DNA of 64,000 nucleotides from Armatimonadota bacterium (GTDB taxonomy: Bacteria; Armatimonadota; SYMT01): NCBI GenBank assembly GCA_046292385.1, contig JBKBRF010000007.1, positions 48,728-112,727 of the forward strand. Direction: 5' to 3'. Of this stretch, positions 26,880 through 37,515 are shown one piece after another. Numbering within the stretch: position 1 is the first letter of the stretch; every line of letters begins with the position of its first letter. The notes under the pieces are model-generated. The model made no database searches, had not been told where the DNA came from, and saw only the letters and a list, made by a program, of their open reading frames with translations. Position numbers and translations under genes: made by a program.

Positions 26880-28391
26880 ATGACCCCCGATACCTCGATT
26901 CTGAACGAGCTGACGCCCGGAATGCCGATCCTCTACGGCGGGAACCGCGTGACGCGGGTGCCGGAGGAGACGGCGCGGCGCTTCCGGCCGGGCGACCGGC
27001 TCCTGGTGGTGGAGCAGACCGGCGACCTCCTGCTGGTGCCCGCGGAGGCATTCCGCGAGGCGGGGGAGGCGGTGGGCCGGGCGCACGCGGCGTTCCAGGC
27101 GATGGGCTCCGTGCCGGACGAGGCGATCACCCGTTTTTACGAGGAATTCGCCCGGCGGCTGGAATCCGAAGAGAGCTGGGGCGCCATTGCCGCGGCCAAC
27201 GCGCAGGACGTGGAGCAGGCGCGGGCGCGGGGCCGCTCCGTGACCCGGCTGGTCGCCTCGGAGAAGATGCGCGCCGACATGATCGCCGGCCTCCGCGGCT
27301 GGCGGGACGCGCCTACCTCCCGCGGCCGCGTGGCGGAAGCAGTGGAGCACGACGGCTGGCGCGTGGAGCAGGTGGTCGCGCCGCTGGGGGTGGTCGGCTT
27401 CGTCTTCGAGGCCCGGCCGAACGTCTTTGCGGATGCCACCGGCGTGCTGCGCGGCGGGAACACCGTCGTCTTCCGGATCGGCAGCGACGCGCTCGGGACC
27501 GCGCGCGCCATCGTGGAGCAGGCGCTGGAGCCGGCGCTCGCGGCGGCGGGCCTGCCTTCCGGCGCCGCCTCGCTGGTGCAGAGCGGCGACCGTGCCGCCG
27601 GCTGGGCCATGTTCTCCGACCCGCGCCTGGCGCTGGCGGTGGCGCGCGGCTCCGGCCAGGCGGTGGCGCAGCTCGGCGCCGTGGCGCGGCAGTCCGGGAT
27701 CCCGGTGAGCCTCCACGGCACCGGGGGCGCCTGGCTGGTGGCCGCGCCGGACGCGGACGCGGAGCGGTTCGCGGCGGCGGTCTACCACTCCCTCGACCGC
27801 AAAGTCTGCAACACGCTGAACGTCTGCTGCATCGACCGCTCCCGCGTGGGCGACCTCCTCCCGGCTTTCCTGCAGTCGCTCGGCCGGGCCGGCGAACGGC
27901 GCGGGCAGAACAGCAAGCTCCACGTGGTGGAGGGCGACGAGCGGTATCTTCCCGAGGGCGCGCTGGAGACCCGGGTGCGCGTGCGCCGCGCGGAGGGCGA
28001 CGTGGAGGAGCCGTGGGCGGAGCTGCTCCCGGAGGCGGAGCTGGGTCGGGAATGGGAGTGGGAAGAGTCGCCGGAGGTTTCGCTCAAGATCGTCGACGGA
28101 ATCGACCACGCGGTGCGGCTCTTCAACACCTACAGCCCGCAGTTCGTCGCCGCGCTGGTGAGCGAGGACCCGGAGGCGCACCGGCGGTTCTACGAGGCGG
28201 CCAACGCGCCGTTCGTCGGCAACGGCTTCACCCGGTGGGTCGACGGCCAGTACGCCTTTCTCCGTCCGGAGCTCGGCCTCTCCAACTGGCAGCACGGCCG
28301 CCTCTTTGCCCGTGGCGCCGTCCTGAGCGGCGACGGCGTCTTCACCCTCCGCACCCGCGCCTGGCAGTCCGACCCGGAGGTGCACCGGTAG
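26880..28391 (+). CDS. Glutamate-5-semialdehyde dehydrogenase-like (ProA-like aldehyde dehydrogenase family)
   Basis: PLGVVGFVFEARPNV, VARGS, KVCNTLN and ELGLS motifs. Confidence 0.8.
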   Translation: MTPDTSILNELTPGMPILYGGNRVTRVPEETARRFRPGDRLLVVEQTGDLLLVPAEAFREAGEAVGRAHAAFQAMGSVPDEAITRFYEEFARRLESEESWGAIAAANAQDVEQARARGRSVTRLVASEKMRADMIAGLRGWRDAPTSRGRVAEAVEHDGWRVEQVVAPLGVVGFVFEARPNVFADATGVLRGGNTVVFRIGSDALGTARAIVEQALEPALAAAGLPSGAASLVQSGDRAAGWAMFSDPRLALAVARGSGQAVAQLGAVARQSGIPVSLHGTGGAWLVAAPDADAERFAAAVYHSLDRKVCNTLNVCCIDRSRVGDLLPAFLQSLGRAGERRGQNSKLHVVEGDERYLPEGALETRVRVRRAEGDVEEPWAELLPEAELGREWEWEESPEVSLKIVDGIDHAVRLFNTYSPQFVAALVSEDPEAHRRFYEAANAPFVGNGFTRWVDGQYAFLRPELGLSNWQHGRLFARGAVLSGDGVFTLRTRAWQSDPEVHR

Positions 28392-28440
28392 CTCTTCTCG
28401 CAGCGCCCGGCACCCCGCGCCGCCCACCCTCCGAGACGGC

Positions 28441-29121
28441 TCAGGCCGCCGCGGAAAGGCGGGCGGCGGGGCCGAGCTGGGCCAGGAGCCGGGCTACCTC
28501 TTCGTCGGTGCTCTGGTCGAAGTCCTGGTACCAGGCGCCCACTGCCATGAACGGCTCCGGGGTGCGCAAGGCGACCACCTCGTCGGCGATTTCGCGGAGC
28601 TGCGGGATCGCGCTCGGCGGCGCCACCGGCACCGCGACGACGAGCTTCCCCACCCCCTGCCCGCGCAGGCCTTCCAGCGCCGCGCGGATGGTGTAGCCCG
28701 TAGCGATACCGTCGTCGACCACGATCACGGTGCGCCCCGTCAGGTTCGGCTCCGGCCGCCCGCTGCGGTAATAATCGACCCGCCGCCGGATCTCCTCGAG
28801 CTGTCGCCGGCTCTCCTCCTCGATGTACTCTGCCGAAACCCGGAGCATGCGGATCGTCCGCTCGTCCAACAGCCGCGTCCCACCGCTCACCACGGCGCCG
28901 ATTGCCAGCTCCGGCTGCATCGGCGCGCCGATCTTGCGGGCGATGATCACGTCGAGCGGCGCGTCCAACGCCCGGGCCACCTCCGCCGCAACCACCACTC
29001 CACCGCGCGGAACGCCCAGCACGATCGTGTCCGGTCCGGCGAACCGCTGCAGCGGCTCCGAGAGCAGCCGCCCGGCCTCGGTCCGGTCCAGAAATGTCTG
29101 CAGGCCCCTTCGAAACTCCAT
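28441..29121 (-). CDS. Phosphoribosyltransferase family protein
   Basis: DRTEAGRLL, LGVPRGGV, VIVVDDGIATG and AVGAWYQDFDQ motifs. Confidence 0.92.
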   Translation of the reverse strand: MEFRRGLQTFLDRTEAGRLLSEPLQRFAGPDTIVLGVPRGGVVVAAEVARALDAPLDVIIARKIGAPMQPELAIGAVVSGGTRLLDERTIRMLRVSAEYIEEESRRQLEEIRRRVDYYRSGRPEPNLTGRTVIVVDDGIATGYTIRAALEGLRGQGVGKLVVAVPVAPPSAIPQLREIADEVVALRTPEPFMAVGAWYQDFDQSTDEEVARLLAQLGPAARLSAAA

Positions 29122-29195
29122 CGCCGCCTCCTCTCCCCTCCATTCTTCCCCGGCGCGCGCGAAGCGAAAGCCCGGCTGCGTGATGCGGCGGTCCG

Positions 29196-30131
29196 CTATC
29201 CCAATGTGCGTGCCACCTCTCGCCGGACGGGGCCCGGCCGGTAGCCGAGGCGCCGGTTGATCCGGATCATCGCGGCGTTGTCCAGCTCGCTGGAGGTGAA
29301 GAACTGCTCGACCCCCTGTCGCCGCGCCCACCGGATCGCAGCGAGCTTCAGCACCGGCGCGATCCCGCGGCCGCGGTAGGCGGGGGCGACCCCGGTGAAG
29401 TCGTTCTCCGCCGCCGTCTCCGTCAGCCGCCGGAGAAAGGTCATCCCGACCGGCACCCCCGCGTCCAGCGCCACCCAGAAGCTCTCCGGCGAGAGCCCGG
29501 GACCGTCCAGCACCGCGCCCCGCCAGGAACCGAAGCCCGGCAGCGACGCACCGCCCCCCGGATCCTCTCCGGAGGCGAGGCGATGGAGCGCCTGGAGGAA
29601 TGCCTCGTGAGGAGACAGCTCCGCCAGCGAGGCGAGGCGCAGCCCTTCCTGGCGGAGCCGCTCTTCCACTCCCGCATAGGGGGCCAGGGTCGCTTGCGAG
29701 AGCCGGAGGTGATACTCCTGGACCGCCTGGCCGGTCTCCACGAGGCCGCGCCGCTGCGCGAAGCGCCGGGACCGCTCGTCGTCCGCGCGCACCCAGCCGA
29801 GGAGCCTCGCTGCTCCCCGCACCTCCAGACGGCGCGCCAGGTGCGCGTAGAGCCCGAACCCGACGCCGCGCCCGTAGTGCGCCGGCTCGACCCGGATCTC
29901 GAGCGAGTAGATGCCGGCGTCCGCCACCCACCAGGCCGGGCTGGCGGTGCCGTATCCGGCCAGCTCTCCCCGGCGCTCCGCAGCCCACTGCTCGGCTTCG
30001 CCCCGCGGCTCTACGGCGAGTGGGGAGAGTGGAGGCCCGTCCGGCTCCTGGCGCGCGTAGAGCTCCGCTACGGTGGGAGAGTCGTCCACGCGCAGGGGGC
30101 GCAGGAGCAGCTCATCACTCTGAGATGGCAC
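29196..30131 (-). CDS. Tandem GNAT N-acetyltransferase
   Basis: VEPAHYGRGVG and TGVAPAYRGRGIA acetyl-CoA motifs; NAAMIRINRRLGY. Confidence 0.88.
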   Translation of the reverse strand: MPSQSDELLLRPLRVDDSPTVAELYARQEPDGPPLSPLAVEPRGEAEQWAAERRGELAGYGTASPAWWVADAGIYSLEIRVEPAHYGRGVGFGLYAHLARRLEVRGAARLLGWVRADDERSRRFAQRRGLVETGQAVQEYHLRLSQATLAPYAGVEERLRQEGLRLASLAELSPHEAFLQALHRLASGEDPGGGASLPGFGSWRGAVLDGPGLSPESFWVALDAGVPVGMTFLRRLTETAAENDFTGVAPAYRGRGIAPVLKLAAIRWARRQGVEQFFTSSELDNAAMIRINRRLGYRPGPVRREVARTLG

Positions 30132-30197
30132 CAGCAGGTTCCTCCGCTCGCCCCCGCCAGGGTTCAGCGTCCGCGGCCGATCGCTCGTCCCGGCCCG

Positions 30198-30404
30198 CTA
30201 CTGCTTGATGCCGTAGCCAATGCCGAGCAGCTCCCCGCAGGCATCGCAGGAGTAGATCGCCTCCTGCTGATAGAAGCCGCGCGACAGGTACTTGCGAATG
30301 ACCTGGAGCGGCTTGCGGCAGTGAGGACAGGGCGGCACGTAGTCGGTCTCCACCACGCTCGAGCCCTCGTAATGCTCCGGCTGGTTATCGTACTGGCTGC
30401 TCAT
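30198..30404 (-). CDS. Small Zn-ribbon hypothetical protein
   Basis: CPHC...CDAC pairs. Confidence 0.7.
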   Translation of the reverse strand: MSSQYDNQPEHYEGSSVVETDYVPPCPHCRKPLQVIRKYLSRGFYQQEAIYSCDACGELLGIGYGIKQ

Positions 30405-30500
30405 CGGTTGGTTCCCCTACGATAGAACGCCCCAGCCTGACTGCCGGTTTCGCGAGAGCCGATCGTCGAGGGCGGCGGGGTACCGGGACCGCGGCTCGCG

Positions 30501-31478
30501 TTAGCTCTGCCGCAGGTGCCGCCGGGCGGCGTCGACCACGCGCGCCACGGCCTGCGGCAGCGGTCCCGGGAGCGTGCAGCCGGCAGCCGGCACGTGGCCG
30601 CCGCCGTCGAACTCCTCCGCGATCTTCGCCACGTTGGCGTGCCCCCGGGAGCGGAGACTCACGCGCACTTCGCCATTGTGCTCTTCGCGGAAGAAGAGGG
30701 CGATCTCGCTCCCCTCCACCATCCGGATCTGGTCGACGAAGCCTTCGGTGGCGTCGGTGTCGACCCCGATCTTCCGGAAATCCTCCTGCGAGAGGCTGGC
30801 CCAGACGATCTGCCCGTTCTCCGCGTGCTCCAGGGTGTGGAGGAGCTGGCCCAGCAGCCGGCTGGCGCCGAAGGGACGGGTGCCGTAGACCCACTCGTAA
30901 ATCGGCGACGGGTGGGCGCCGGCCTCCACCAGCTCCGCGGAGATGCGGAACGTCTCCGCCGTCACGTTGCCGAAGCGGAAGCAGCCGGTATCGGTCAGGA
31001 TCGCCGCCATCAGGCAGCAGGCGATCTCCGGGGTGAGCGTGACGCCCAGCGCCTTCAGCACGTGGAAGACCAGCTCGCCGGTGGCGGCGGCGGTCGGATC
31101 GACCAGCCGCACGCTCCCGAACGGGTCCGGGCCGGTATGGTGGTCGATGTCGATCACCGTCGGCAGGGCCAGGATCGCCGCCTCCGCGGAGCCGAGGCGA
31201 TCGGAGCCGTCGGCATCGAGCCCGATGCCGACCTCCCACTCGCCCTCGACGGTCGTCACCACCCGCTCCCAGGAGGGGAGGAAGCGATAGAGCTCCGGCA
31301 CGCCGTCCGGGCTCACGGCAAGCACACGCTTGCCGAGCTGCTCCAGTCCCAGCGCCAGGCCGAGCAGCGACCCGAGGGCGTCCGCATCCGGCCGGATGTG
31401 ACACGCGAGGGCGAGGCTACTCGCCTTCCGGATCGTCTCCGCCGTCTCCGCTACCCGATCCCGCCGCGCCTGCGTCAT
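30501..31478 (-). CDS. nrnA: DHH/DHHA1 phosphoesterase (oligoribonuclease/PAP phosphatase NrnA)
   Basis: HIRPDADALGS, IDHH, TDTG and GGGH motifs; directly after rbfA. Confidence 0.92.
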   Translation of the reverse strand: MTQARRDRVAETAETIRKASSLALACHIRPDADALGSLLGLALGLEQLGKRVLAVSPDGVPELYRFLPSWERVVTTVEGEWEVGIGLDADGSDRLGSAEAAILALPTVIDIDHHTGPDPFGSVRLVDPTAAATGELVFHVLKALGVTLTPEIACCLMAAILTDTGCFRFGNVTAETFRISAELVEAGAHPSPIYEWVYGTRPFGASRLLGQLLHTLEHAENGQIVWASLSQEDFRKIGVDTDATEGFVDQIRMVEGSEIALFFREEHNGEVRVSLRSRGHANVAKIAEEFDGGGHVPAAGCTLPGPLPQAVARVVDAARRHLRQS

Positions 31479-31833
31479 GCTGCCGTGCCTGCTCCAAGAG
31501 TTGACTGATCCGGGCTCCGCGGTCCGCGGAAGGATCGTAGTGGAACCGAATGTCCGGAACATACCGCATCTGCGCGCGCCGGGCGAACTCGCTGCGCACG
31601 AACCCGGCGGCCCGGTTGAGGGCGGCGCCGGTCTCCTCCCGCTCCTCGTCCGTGCTGACGCCGGTCGCCCCCAGCACGCTGAAGTAGACGCGCGCGTGAC
31701 GCAGGTCCGGCGTCACCTCCGCGTCGGTAATCGTGACGAAGCCGATCCGCGGGTCCTTGAGGTCCCGGCGGACGATGTCGCTGATCTCCTGGACCAGCAT
31801 CTCCTGCACTCTCTTCTGTCGCTGCGTTGCCAT
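31417..31833 (-). CDS. rbfA: Ribosome-binding factor A
   Basis: LKDPRIGFVTITDAEVTPDLRHARVYFS and RYVPDIRFHYD motifs. Confidence 0.97.
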   Translation of the reverse strand: MATQRQKRVQEMLVQEISDIVRRDLKDPRIGFVTITDAEVTPDLRHARVYFSVLGATGVSTDEEREETGAALNRAAGFVRSEFARRAQMRYVPDIRFHYDPSADRGARISQLLEQARQHDAGAAGSGSGDGGDDPEGE

Positions 31834-31865
31834 GCTACTGGTGCGTCCGGCTACTTCTGATGTAT

Positions 31866-31954
31866 GGGAGTGGGCGCAAGGGCGAGTGGGGGAGTGGGAG
31901 AGCCGCTCTCGTGAGCCGCTTCTCCAGCTCGCCCTCTCGCCCGCTCTCCCTTGC
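31866..31954. repeat. Inverted arrays of GGGAGT/GGGCGAGT-like ~8-mers inside the nusA operon
   Basis: gggagtgggcgcaagggcgagtgggggagtgggagag ... ctcgccctctcgcccgctctcccttgcc. Confidence 0.65.
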
Positions 31955-32076
31955 CAAACTCGTCCATCGATCTCGGCCTCACGGGCTAGTGGTTGGAGCC
32001 TGTCCCGGCCGCGGTCCCGCTATCCGGAGCGCGCGCCGCCTTCCGTGACGCTATCGCCCGCGGACCCGTCCGCCGC

Positions 32077-32364
32077 TCAATAGAAATCGAGCTCCACCGC
32101 GGAAACGTTGACCCGGGGGTTGGCCTCTACCCAGTCGACCACCTTGTTCAGGACCTCGTTCGCATGCTTCTGGCTGTTGCTCACGCAGGCGATCCCCACG
32201 CCGGCGCGGCGCCAGGTGTCCAGGTGCTCGACCTCGGCGGCGGAGACGTTGAACTTGTTCCGCATGCCCTCGAGCATGCTTTTCACGACGGAGCGCTTGT
32301 CCTTCAGCGAGTTCGCCTCCGGGATGTAGAGCTCCATACTGCAGATACCCACTACCATCGACAT
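32077..32364 (-). CDS. ylxP: DUF503 (YlxP) family protein
   Basis: MVVG...SLKDKRSVVKS...FNVSAAEV; located between infB and rbfA. Confidence 0.92.
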   Translation of the reverse strand: MSMVVGICSMELYIPEANSLKDKRSVVKSMLEGMRNKFNVSAAEVEHLDTWRRAGVGIACVSNSQKHANEVLNKVVDWVEANPRVNVSAVELDFY

Positions 32365-32509
32365 GGCTAGTGATTCGAGGCGCGACCCCACCCAAAAGTG
32401 GGTGGGGCCGTCGATCGCTCCGGTGCCCGGCAACCTCGCCCGCACCCGCGTATTATCCAGCCGGGAGAGAGTGAGGCCCGCGCGGCGAGCCGCACCTCCT
32501 CCCGCCCGC

Positions 32510-34372
32510 TTACAGCTCTCGGGCGACCTGCTGGTTCTCGAAGCACTCCAGGATATCGCCCTCTTCGAACGCGTTGAAACCATCCAGGAGGATACCGCAC
32601 TCGTAGCCGGCCGCCATCTCCCGCACGTTCTCGCGGACGTGGCGGAGGCTGTTGATCTCGCCCTCGTGGAGCACCTGCTTGCCCCGGATGACGCGGATCT
32701 CGGCGTTGCGCCGGATCACGCCTTCCGTGACGTAGCAGCCGGCCACCACGTTGTTGTTCGGCAGCTTGAAGGTGGCGCGCACCTCGGCCCGGCCCAGCCG
32801 CACTTCCTGGTAGACCGGCGCCAGTAGCCCCTTCATGGCGGCGGTGACGGCGTCGATCAGCTCGTAGATGATCCGGTAGGTGCGGGTCTCGATGCCCTGG
32901 TCTTCCGCCGCCTTGCGCGCCGCGGGGTCGACCTTCACACCGAAGCCGAAGACCATCGCGTTGGAGGCGGAGGCGAGGAGCACGTCGTTCTCCCCGATGT
33001 TCCCCACGCCCACGCGCAGCACTTTCACCCGGACCTCGGAGGTGCTGAGCTTCTCCAGGCTGTCCCGCACCGCCTCCGCGGAGCCCTGGACGTCGGCCTT
33101 GATAATGATGTTCAGCTCCTTCACGTCGCCCTGCTGGATCTGCGCGAAGAGCGTGTCCAGGCTCAGGCGGCCGGCGTGGGCGCCGAACTTCGCCTCGCGC
33201 TCGGCGCCGCTCCGCTCCTGGGCGAGCTGGCGCGCCTCCCGGTCCGACTCCACCGAGATGAGGCGGTCGCCGGCGGAAGGCACCGCGGAGAGGCCGAGGA
33301 TCTCGACCGGGGTGGCGGGGCCCGCGCGGTTCACCTTGTTGGCGCGGTCGTCCGACATCGCCTTGATCTTTCCGTAGATCGAGCCGACCACCACGCTGTC
33401 ACCGGCATAGAGCGTGCCGCTCTCCACCAGCACCGTGGCGACCGGACCACGGCCCGGATCGAGGCGCGCTTCGAGGATGACGCCCTCGGCCGGCCCGTTC
33501 GCGTCCGCCGTCAGCTCCAGCAGCTCGGCCTCGAGCTGGAGCCGGTCGAGCAGGTCGTCGATGCCGAGACCCTGCTTCGCGGAGATCTGCACGGTGCCGG
33601 TCTCGCCGCCGTAGTCTTCCGGGACGATGCCGTGCTGGGTCAGCTCGGTCAGCACCCGGTCCGGGTTGGCGTCTTCCAGGTCGACCTTGTTGACCGCCAC
33701 CACCATCGGCAGCCCGGCCGCTTTGGCGTGGTCGATCGCCTCCACGGTCTGCGGCATGATGCCGTCGTCCGCGGCCACCACCAGCACGGCGATGTCCGCC
33801 ACGCCGGAGCCGCGGGCGCGCATGCGGGTGAACGCCTCGTGACCGGGGGTATCGAGGAAGGTGAGGCGGCGCATCACCTTGCGGCCTTCGCGCTCCTCGC
33901 CCGTCTCGATCGCGGTCTGGAAGGCGCCGATGTGCTGTGTGATGCCGCCGAACTCCTTGGCGGCGACGTCGGTCTTCCGGATCGTGTCGAGCAGCGTCGT
34001 CTTACCGTGGTCGACGTGTCCCATCACCACGATGATCGGCGGGCGCGGCGTCGGTCCGGTCGGCCGGGCCTTCTTCCCCTTGCCCTTGTCGGCGGTGGGG
34101 GCGGCCTTGGCCGCCGGCGTGGCGCCCGGCTTGGCGGCGGCGGGGGTGGGGGTCACTACCACGAACCCCATCTTCTCGCCCACCTTGGCGGCGTTCTCCA
34201 CGGTTACCTGGGCATTCAGGTTCGCGAGGATCCCCAAATTCATCAGCTCGCGCTGCACCGTCTGCGGTGTTACGCCGAGCTCGCCCGCCAACTCGTTCAC
34301 GGTGAGCGGCTTGCTGATCTCTAGTAGCTTTTCTTCTTCCGGCATGGTCGGTGTTGTCGTAGTGAGACTCAC
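32510..34372 (-). CDS. infB: Translation initiation factor IF-2
   Basis: [34 protein letters not shown] and KADVQGS motifs. Confidence 0.98.
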   Translation of the reverse strand: MSLTTTTPTMPEEEKLLEISKPLTVNELAGELGVTPQTVQRELMNLGILANLNAQVTVENAAKVGEKMGFVVVTPTPAAAKPGATPAAKAAPTADKGKGKKARPTGPTPRPPIIVVMGHVDHGKTTLLDTIRKTDVAAKEFGGITQHIGAFQTAIETGEEREGRKVMRRLTFLDTPGHEAFTRMRARGSGVADIAVLVVAADDGIMPQTVEAIDHAKAAGLPMVVAVNKVDLEDANPDRVLTELTQHGIVPEDYGGETGTVQISAKQGLGIDDLLDRLQLEAELLELTADANGPAEGVILEARLDPGRGPVATVLVESGTLYAGDSVVVGSIYGKIKAMSDDRANKVNRAGPATPVEILGLSAVPSAGDRLISVESDREARQLAQERSGAEREAKFGAHAGRLSLDTLFAQIQQGDVKELNIIIKADVQGSAEAVRDSLEKLSTSEVRVKVLRVGVGNIGENDVLLASASNAMVFGFGVKVDPAARKAAEDQGIETRTYRIIYELIDAVTAAMKGLLAPVYQEVRLGRAEVRATFKLPNNNVVAGCYVTEGVIRRNAEIRVIRGKQVLHEGEINSLRHVRENVREMAAGYECGILLDGFNAFEEGDILECFENQQVAREL

Positions 34373-34504
34373 AGAGCTCCAGTCCTTACTGCTTTATGCG
34401 AATGTAGCGACCCCGAAGGGCCGTAGACCGAGCCAGAGCCGGATGCGAAGGAGCCGCCGGCCGGAGCCGGGCGGGTGATTCGGCAGACGAAGAAGCCTAC
34501 TGGA

Positions 34505-34846
34505 TCATGATTCAGCCTCCACCGTCGCCGCGGACCCGTCGCCAGGCTGCTCCGCGGGGACTCCCTCTCGGGCCTTCCGGGTGTGCTCGTACTCGTGAAA
34601 CCGTGTCTCGAGCTCCGCCACCGCGTCCCGGGGGACGGCCTGGCGGAACGCTCGATCAAAGCTTTTACGCTTTAACGCGCTGGTTAAACAGGCCGGGTCC
34701 GGGCAGAGATATGCCCCACGCCCCGGCAGCTTGCCGGAAGGGTCCAGCGCGAGCTTCCCTTCCGGGGTCAGCGCCACCCTTACCAGGTCGCGCTTTTCCC
34801 GCACCGTCCTGCAGCCGATGCAGCTTCGTTGAGGACTTCGACGCAT
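34505..34846 (-). CDS. ylxR: YlxR/DUF448 RNA-binding protein
   Basis: PQRSCIGC and GKLPGRGAYLC motifs; located between nusA and infB (alternative start 34888). Confidence 0.93.
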   Translation of the reverse strand: MRRSPQRSCIGCRTVREKRDLVRVALTPEGKLALDPSGKLPGRGAYLCPDPACLTSALKRKSFDRAFRQAVPRDAVAELETRFHEYEHTRKAREGVPAEQPGDGSAATVEAES

Positions 34847-34890
34847 CTGTTTGCCGGTCCTCGGCGCTACCGCCGGCAGGCGGTACATAG

Positions 34891-34926
34891 CTCACCCGCC
34901 CCTCCCCGGAGGGAGGGGCGGGTGAG
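34891..34926. other. Perfect 16-bp intra-operon hairpin between nusA and ylxR
   Basis: CTCACCCGCCCCTCCC-CGGA-GGGAGGGGCGGGTGAG. Confidence 0.75.
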
Positions 34927-34934
34927 GCAGGCCT

Positions 34935-36071
34935 TTATGCTTCTTCTTCGTCCCCGGCGGGGGCCGCCTCGGCGTCCTCGCCGGCCGGCTCCGAGCCGCG
35001 GGCCGCGTCCTGCCCGGCCAGCTCCTGCAGCCGCCGCTCGCGGTCCTGCGCCTCGCTGCGGATGTCGATCCGCCAGCCGGTCAGGCGCGCCGCCAGCCGC
35101 ACGTTCTGCCCCTCTTTGCCGATGGCGAGGGAGAGCTGCGTATCCGGCACCACCACGTAGGCGCTCTTCAGCTCGTCGTTGATCGAGACGCTGACCGGCT
35201 TAGCCGGGCTCAGCGCCTCGCGAATGAACTCCGCCGGATCGTCATGCCAGCGGATGATGTCGATCTTCTCGCCGTAGAGCTCGTTCACCACCGCCTGCAC
35301 GCGGCTGCCGCGGTGGCCCACGCAGGCGCCGACCGGGTCGACCTTCTCATCCGTAGAGGTCACCGCGATCTTGGAGCGGGCGCCGGCCTCGCGGGCCACG
35401 CTCTTGATTACCACGGTGCCGTCCTCGATCTCCGGCACTTCCAGCTCGAAGAGCCGGCGGATCAGCGACGGGTGCGAGCGGGAGACGATCACCTGCGGGC
35501 CCTTGGTGGTCTTCTTGACCTCCAGCAGGTAGACCTTGATCCGGTCGTTGAAGCGGTACGCCTCGTGGTGCACCTGCTCGCTGAACGGCAGCAGCGCCTC
35601 CACCTTGCCCAGCAGCACGAAGGCGTTGCGCTGCTCCCGGCGCTGCACCACGCCGGTCAGCACCTCGCCCACGCGGTGCGCGAACTCGTCGAACACCTTC
35701 TCACGCTCGGCCTCGCGGATCCGCTGCACCACCACCTGCTTGGCGGTCTGGGCGGCGATGCGGCCGAACCCCTCCGCGGGGAGCGCCATGTCGACCGTGT
35801 CGCCCACCTTCGCCAGCGGGTTCCGGCGCTGCGCCTCCGCCAGGGTGACCTCCCGGTGCGGATTCTCCACCTGCTCCACGACGATCTTCTGGAGCACCGG
35901 CTGCAGACCCTTACCCTTCGAGTCCATCCGGAGCTTCACTTCGCCGCCGTCCGCGAAGGCCCGGCGGTACGCGGAAGAGAGAGCCGACTCGATCGTCTCG
36001 ATGAGCTGGTCGAACGGGATGTCCTTCTCCCGCTCGATCTGTCTCAGTGCGTCAATGAAATCGCCGTTCAT
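34935..36071 (-). CDS. nusA: Transcription termination/antitermination factor NusA
   Basis: [33 protein letters not shown] and [14 protein letters not shown] motifs. Confidence 0.98.
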   Translation of the reverse strand: MNGDFIDALRQIEREKDIPFDQLIETIESALSSAYRRAFADGGEVKLRMDSKGKGLQPVLQKIVVEQVENPHREVTLAEAQRRNPLAKVGDTVDMALPAEGFGRIAAQTAKQVVVQRIREAEREKVFDEFAHRVGEVLTGVVQRREQRNAFVLLGKVEALLPFSEQVHHEAYRFNDRIKVYLLEVKKTTKGPQVIVSRSHPSLIRRLFELEVPEIEDGTVVIKSVAREAGARSKIAVTSTDEKVDPVGACVGHRGSRVQAVVNELYGEKIDIIRWHDDPAEFIREALSPAKPVSVSINDELKSAYVVVPDTQLSLAIGKEGQNVRLAARLTGWRIDIRSEAQDRERRLQELAGQDAARGSEPAGEDAEAAPAGDEEEA

Positions 36072-36150
36072 GCTCGCCTCTGCCCCCGCTTCTAACGCCG
36101 CTGCGCCGCCAGTAAACGGCCGCGCGCCTGGTTTTTCACCCTTATTAGTG

Positions 36151-36177
36151 CAAAAGAGTGGGCTCTCACCCACTCTC
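36151..36177 (-). promoter_or_regulatory. rimP/nusA-operon leader hairpin (attenuator-like)
   Basis: Minus strand AGAGTGGG-TGAGAG-CCCACTCT-TTTG, the hairpin type commonly seen upstream of rimP-nusA operons. Confidence 0.65.
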
Positions 36178-36224
36178 GCACGGGACAACAAAAGAGGGCA
36201 GCGGCGCGGTGCCGCTGCGAAGGG

Positions 36225-36254
36225 AGTATATCACGCGAGCGACGCGCTCTGCAA
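36225..36254 (-). promoter_or_regulatory. Sigma70-type promoter of the nusA operon
   Basis: TTGCAG-N18-TATACT with an extended -10 (TGn). Confidence 0.6.
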
Positions 36255-36322
36255 TAGCCGGGCAACCGCACCGCAGCCATGCTGACAGTCCCGCGCGGCC
36301 GGGAGTCGGCTCGGAGCGACCC

Positions 36323-37504
36323 TCAGGGAGCGATCCGGAACGACCGCGTGAACCGCGGCGCGCTGGCGGCGGGACGCGCGTGCTGCTCCGGCGCCGTTTC
36401 GAAGAGGCGGTGCAGGCTGTTGCCCGCCAGGTCTTCCAGCACCCCGTCCGCCTGCAGCTCGTAGTCGCCGGCCTGCCACGGCATTGCGGGCGTGAAGCGG
36501 AGCGTGCGGACCTCCGGATCGGCGGTCACCTCGCCGCCCCGGTCGAGCCGGTCGTCCCGCCGGAGAACCTGGAGGGAGCTGACGGCGAGGGCGTGGTCGA
36601 GCGGCTCGGGGAGGCGGACTACCAGCGGCTCGCGCGTGCCGGCGGCCGGCGCGGTGAGCTGCCACTCCTCCACGCGCGGCTGCCGGCGGTCGAACCCCGC
36701 GGTCCGGAACCGGTGCCGGAACGGCTGCGCCAGCACCCGCCCGCCCTGGTCCCGGAGCCCGGGCCGCACCTCCAGCACGTACTCCTGGCCCGGCCGCAGC
36801 ACCGGTCCGTCGGTCTCACTGAAGCCGAGCGACCGCTTGGTGCGCCCCGGCTGGATCCAGAGCGTGGCGCGCCGGTGCTCGTCCGCCCAGAGCTCTACGC
36901 CGCGGAACGCCATCGGGACCTCTCTCCCGGCGGCGTCGAGGAGACGCGCGTGCTCCAGCAGCCGTCCCTCGCTCATCGGGCGGCTGAAGTGGAGGTAGAA
37001 CTTGAGCAGGTTGGCGGGGACCACTGCCTGTGAAGGATAGATCGCCGTGACGCGCGGGGGCGGCACCGTCTCCCCGTCCTCCGGCCGCGGCGTGTAGCTT
37101 TCCGAAAAGCGCGGCAGCTTCGGATCGAGGCGCGGCCCGTCGAACACCGCCCGGTAGGTGAGCCCCAGCGTGAGCGGCGCCTGCGGCTCCAGCACCGCGT
37201 CGCGACCGCTCCACCCGAGCCGCGCCAGCAGTGGAAGGGCGGGGCCCTGGTCCGTCTCCACCGTCAGGTAGAAGACCTCGTCCCGCCGGGCCGGCTCCGG
37301 CCGGTCTCCCAGGTGGTGCCGCAGCAGCGCCGCGCCGCCGGTGAGCCGCACCACCACGCGCCCGGCGCGGGTCGTCTCCGGCGTCACCGAAAGCGCCAGG
37401 TCCGCCGGCGCCGCCACCCCCCGCGTACAGCCGCCCGCCACCCCGGCCGCGAGGGCCGCGGCGAGCAAGAGGCCGGGAGCAGCGCTAGCACGCGAGAGGA
37501 GCAT
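36323..37504 (-). CDS. Hypothetical lipoprotein with Ig-like domains
   Basis: Lipobox-like AGGC; VTAIYPS...PANLLKFYLHFSRPM and LEDLAGNSL (Ig-like/Big-type). Confidence 0.8.
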   Translation of the reverse strand: MLLSRASAAPGLLLAAALAAGVAGGCTRGVAAPADLALSVTPETTRAGRVVVRLTGGAALLRHHLGDRPEPARRDEVFYLTVETDQGPALPLLARLGWSGRDAVLEPQAPLTLGLTYRAVFDGPRLDPKLPRFSESYTPRPEDGETVPPPRVTAIYPSQAVVPANLLKFYLHFSRPMSEGRLLEHARLLDAAGREVPMAFRGVELWADEHRRATLWIQPGRTKRSLGFSETDGPVLRPGQEYVLEVRPGLRDQGGRVLAQPFRHRFRTAGFDRRQPRVEEWQLTAPAAGTREPLVVRLPEPLDHALAVSSLQVLRRDDRLDRGGEVTADPEVRTLRFTPAMPWQAGDYELQADGVLEDLAGNSLHRLFETAPEQHARPAASAPRFTRSFRIAP

Positions 37505-37515
37505 CGTTCGCCAGA

